Shown here: positions 62,785-64,000 of the stretch, piece after piece
Layout: each line of letters starts with the position of its first letter
Position numbering within the stretch: the stretch's first letter is position 1
Assembly: GCA_011109175.1 (NCBI GenBank)
Contig: RDEW01000096.1
Coordinates: 9,604 to 73,603 of the forward strand
DNA length: 64,000 nucleotides
Direction: 5' to 3'
Source of the DNA: Dicyema japonicum
Taxonomy: Eukaryota; Animalia; Dicyemida
Notes under the pieces: model-generated
What the model saw: the letters and a program-made list of their open reading frames with translations, nothing else
Told to the model about the DNA's origin: nothing
Database searches by the model: none
Program-made: the position numbers and the translations under genes

Positions 62785-63429
62785 TTAAAATTAATATGAG
62801 GTTTTGGTTGGCTAATAAATATTCGGAATTTATTTAAAACCATTATTCATTAAATATTAAATTATACTCTGATAATGACTGGATCTTCAAAAATCATTTT
62901 ATTAATGTTTACACTTAAGTGTTTCTAGTCTTACGAGAGTCTTTCCTTTAAAAAACATTGATATTTATTAGAGTTGGAACAGAAACACAAAGCATCGATA
63001 GAGATGATACATTCTACCTCGACTTGATGTAATAAAACGCATCGAGCATGATATGATATTATTTAGATATCACTATAATATTCATAATGTAAATTTAAGA
63101 ATAAATTATATATTCTGATTTTTATAAATGTTTAAATTTTAAAAATCTATATTTTATTCTTCTAACTACAGTAAACCCCATTAATCCGAACTTCTTTTTG
63201 ATGAATCAGCAAAATTTTACGAAGTTTCCTTACAAACAGGCTTCAATAAACTGAAACTTCCTAATACACATTCCGAAAGACATTTATTAAAAATTTCGGA
63301 TTAATTTATTTTTTTTATTCTAAATGAATTAAAATTTTAAATTTAAAGTCTACAGTGCCACATGGTTAGAACTAGGGTCTAAATTTCTATTACACAGAAA
63401 AGAATATTTGTGAAATAAAAAATACATCA

Positions 63430-64000
63430 AAAATGACTATAAAAAATTTAAGAGGATTGGTGACAAAGGGGATCCCTGGAGTACACCATTGGGTAACAAT
63501 CTCTATCTGGAACCCTTGTTTCCGACACACACATTCCCTCAGCGACCACTTAAGATATTTGCTATCCATATCTTTAGTGGTGCATGGATTTTTGTCAAAA
63601 ATTTTTTTTGTATGAAGATCTTCCTTGGGACAGAGTCGAATGCTGCTTGAATGTCAATTTTACATATGACCGATTTTTCCAGTTTTGGCTTGTTCTTGTG
63701 TCCTTCAGTTATGAACTTCATTAGTGTTGTTAGGAAGGAGGTTGTTGATGATCCTTCCTTGAAGCCATGTTGGAATGTAGGTTGTGGGAGAAAGGGATGA
63801 ATAAGTTATAGAACCAATTTCTCCAGGATCCTCGACAAAACACATATAAGGAAGACTGGTCTGTAAGAGCCGGGATCGTTCTTCGGTATTCCCGGTTTCA
63901 ATATTGGACGAATTTTTAATAGATTCCATAAAATCGGTATGGTATTTATGTTTAGCGATGTGTTGTAGATGATTGTCAATGCAGTCATTGATGCTGAGCC
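63430..64000 (-). mobile_element. non-LTR RT fragment (Ingi/I group), running off the window
   Basis: PILKPG..SYRPV..SRILEK, DIQAAFDSV and NGVLQG. Confidence 0.85.

Overview
AT-rich eukaryotic genomic DNA with metazoan-like proteins and the standard genetic code. Small host-gene islands sit in a large mass of decayed transposons. The ORF track misses the host genes because they are split by very short GT-AG introns (mostly 21-28 nt), which I spliced by hand. Reconstructed genes: ARL13-like ciliary GTPase (4118-5221, one extra base), MTHFS (16046-16682), a divergent endosulfine (21937-22202), a kinesin-5-like protein with 10 micro-introns and degenerate switch I and II (26793-28645), an MBOAT1/2-type acyltransferase (47153-48674), and an unnamed secreted, probably GPI-anchored, cysteine-free protein (62061-62784) with an orphan paralogous last exon (59191-59309). 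There is also a tRNA-Ser(GCT). TEs include CRE, R4/Dong, RTE, Ingi/I-group (two with 2A StopGo peptides), Penelope-like, Gypsy, hAT, Tigger/pogo, Ginger-like, a possible KDZ remnant, and a Mutator-type MITE with a 9-bp TSD. Micro-introns plus a ciliary gene fit a reduced parasite such as a dicyemid; this is inference only. The most notable unexplained signals are an apparent ~4-fold excess of the palindrome CACGTG in every sequence class, the kinesin-5 pseudo-motor, and the GPI-anchored surface-protein family. Boundaries of decayed TEs are approximate.
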